The position numbers and the translations under genes were made by a program. The notes beneath the pieces are model-generated. The model made no database searches, was not told where the DNA came from, and saw nothing but the letters and a program-made list of their open reading frames with translations. DNA of 64,000 nt from Dendrobates tinctorius (lineage: Eukaryota): the NCBI RefSeq assembly GCF_039654945.1, contig NW_027361730.1, positions 31,124,001 to 31,188,000 of the forward strand, in the 5' to 3' direction. Positions 63,533-64,000 of the stretch are shown here, in pieces (within the stretch, counting starts at the first letter, position 1; every line of letters begins with the position of its first letter).

Positions 63533-64000
63533 CTGTATATACTCGTGTATAGGTTTTTCAGCAAATTTTTTATGCTGAAAAAGCCCCCCCTCGGCTTATA
63601 CTCGAATGAGGGTCCCACATACAATATTTTTTGGACTATGAGACAGAGAGGTAGTGACAGCGGCAGACCAGCGGGTCACAGGAGGCAGGAGTCGGCTGCT
63701 GCGGCTAACACCTGTGCCCGCTGCTAAAGAGAAATGAATACTCACTGCTCTCCATGCCCATGTGAGTGCAGAGACGTGAATATTCTTTTCTCTTTACTAG
63801 CGGGCACTGTAACCTCAGCCGCTAGCTTGCTACAGCGGCCAAACAATCACATGTGCCCGCTACTAAAGGGAATGAATATTCACTGCCCTCCACACCCATG
63901 GGAGTGGAGAGCAATGAATATTCATTTATTTTTAATAGCAGACACACTTTTAGCTGCAGCAGCCGGCTTCCTGCAGCTGCTGGGCTATGAAGTGTGCCTG
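63533..64000. mobile_element. pogo/Tigger-like MITE, left part
   Basis: TA followed by CTGTATATACTCG terminus; shares AAAGAGAAATGAATA(T/C)TCA motifs with the element at 6402. Confidence 0.65.

Overview
Vertebrate genomic DNA, most likely a frog (inferred from a Xenopus-like LINGO1 and the TTAA/TAA MITE repertoire). One host gene is present: the large coding exon of LINGO1 on the minus strand (57119-58957). Almost everything else is nested transposable-element sequence. (1) A decayed L1-clade LINE (~1.1-13.4 kb) carries a Tc1 with a solo LTR inside it, a mariner, two MITEs and an L2 end, with a Helitron inside the L2 tail. (2) A Penelope-like GIY-YIG fragment is split by a solo LTR. (3) A cryptic single-frame ORF ending in a cold-shock-domain-like motif is split by a young CR1. 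(4) Two Tf1/sushi-type Gypsy elements are nested one inside the other and show a covarying self-priming signal. (5) A complete 8.4-kb hAT transposon has a perfect 8-bp TSD, an intact transposase and an internal 20-copy 124-bp satellite. (6) A near-intact Tc1, many MITEs, and a TSD-flanked insert with a degenerate hammerhead-like core follow. The most novel-looking items are the cold-shock-domain ORF, the LTR/PBS covariation and the satellite-carrying intact hAT. Coordinates were counted by hand and no database searches were run.
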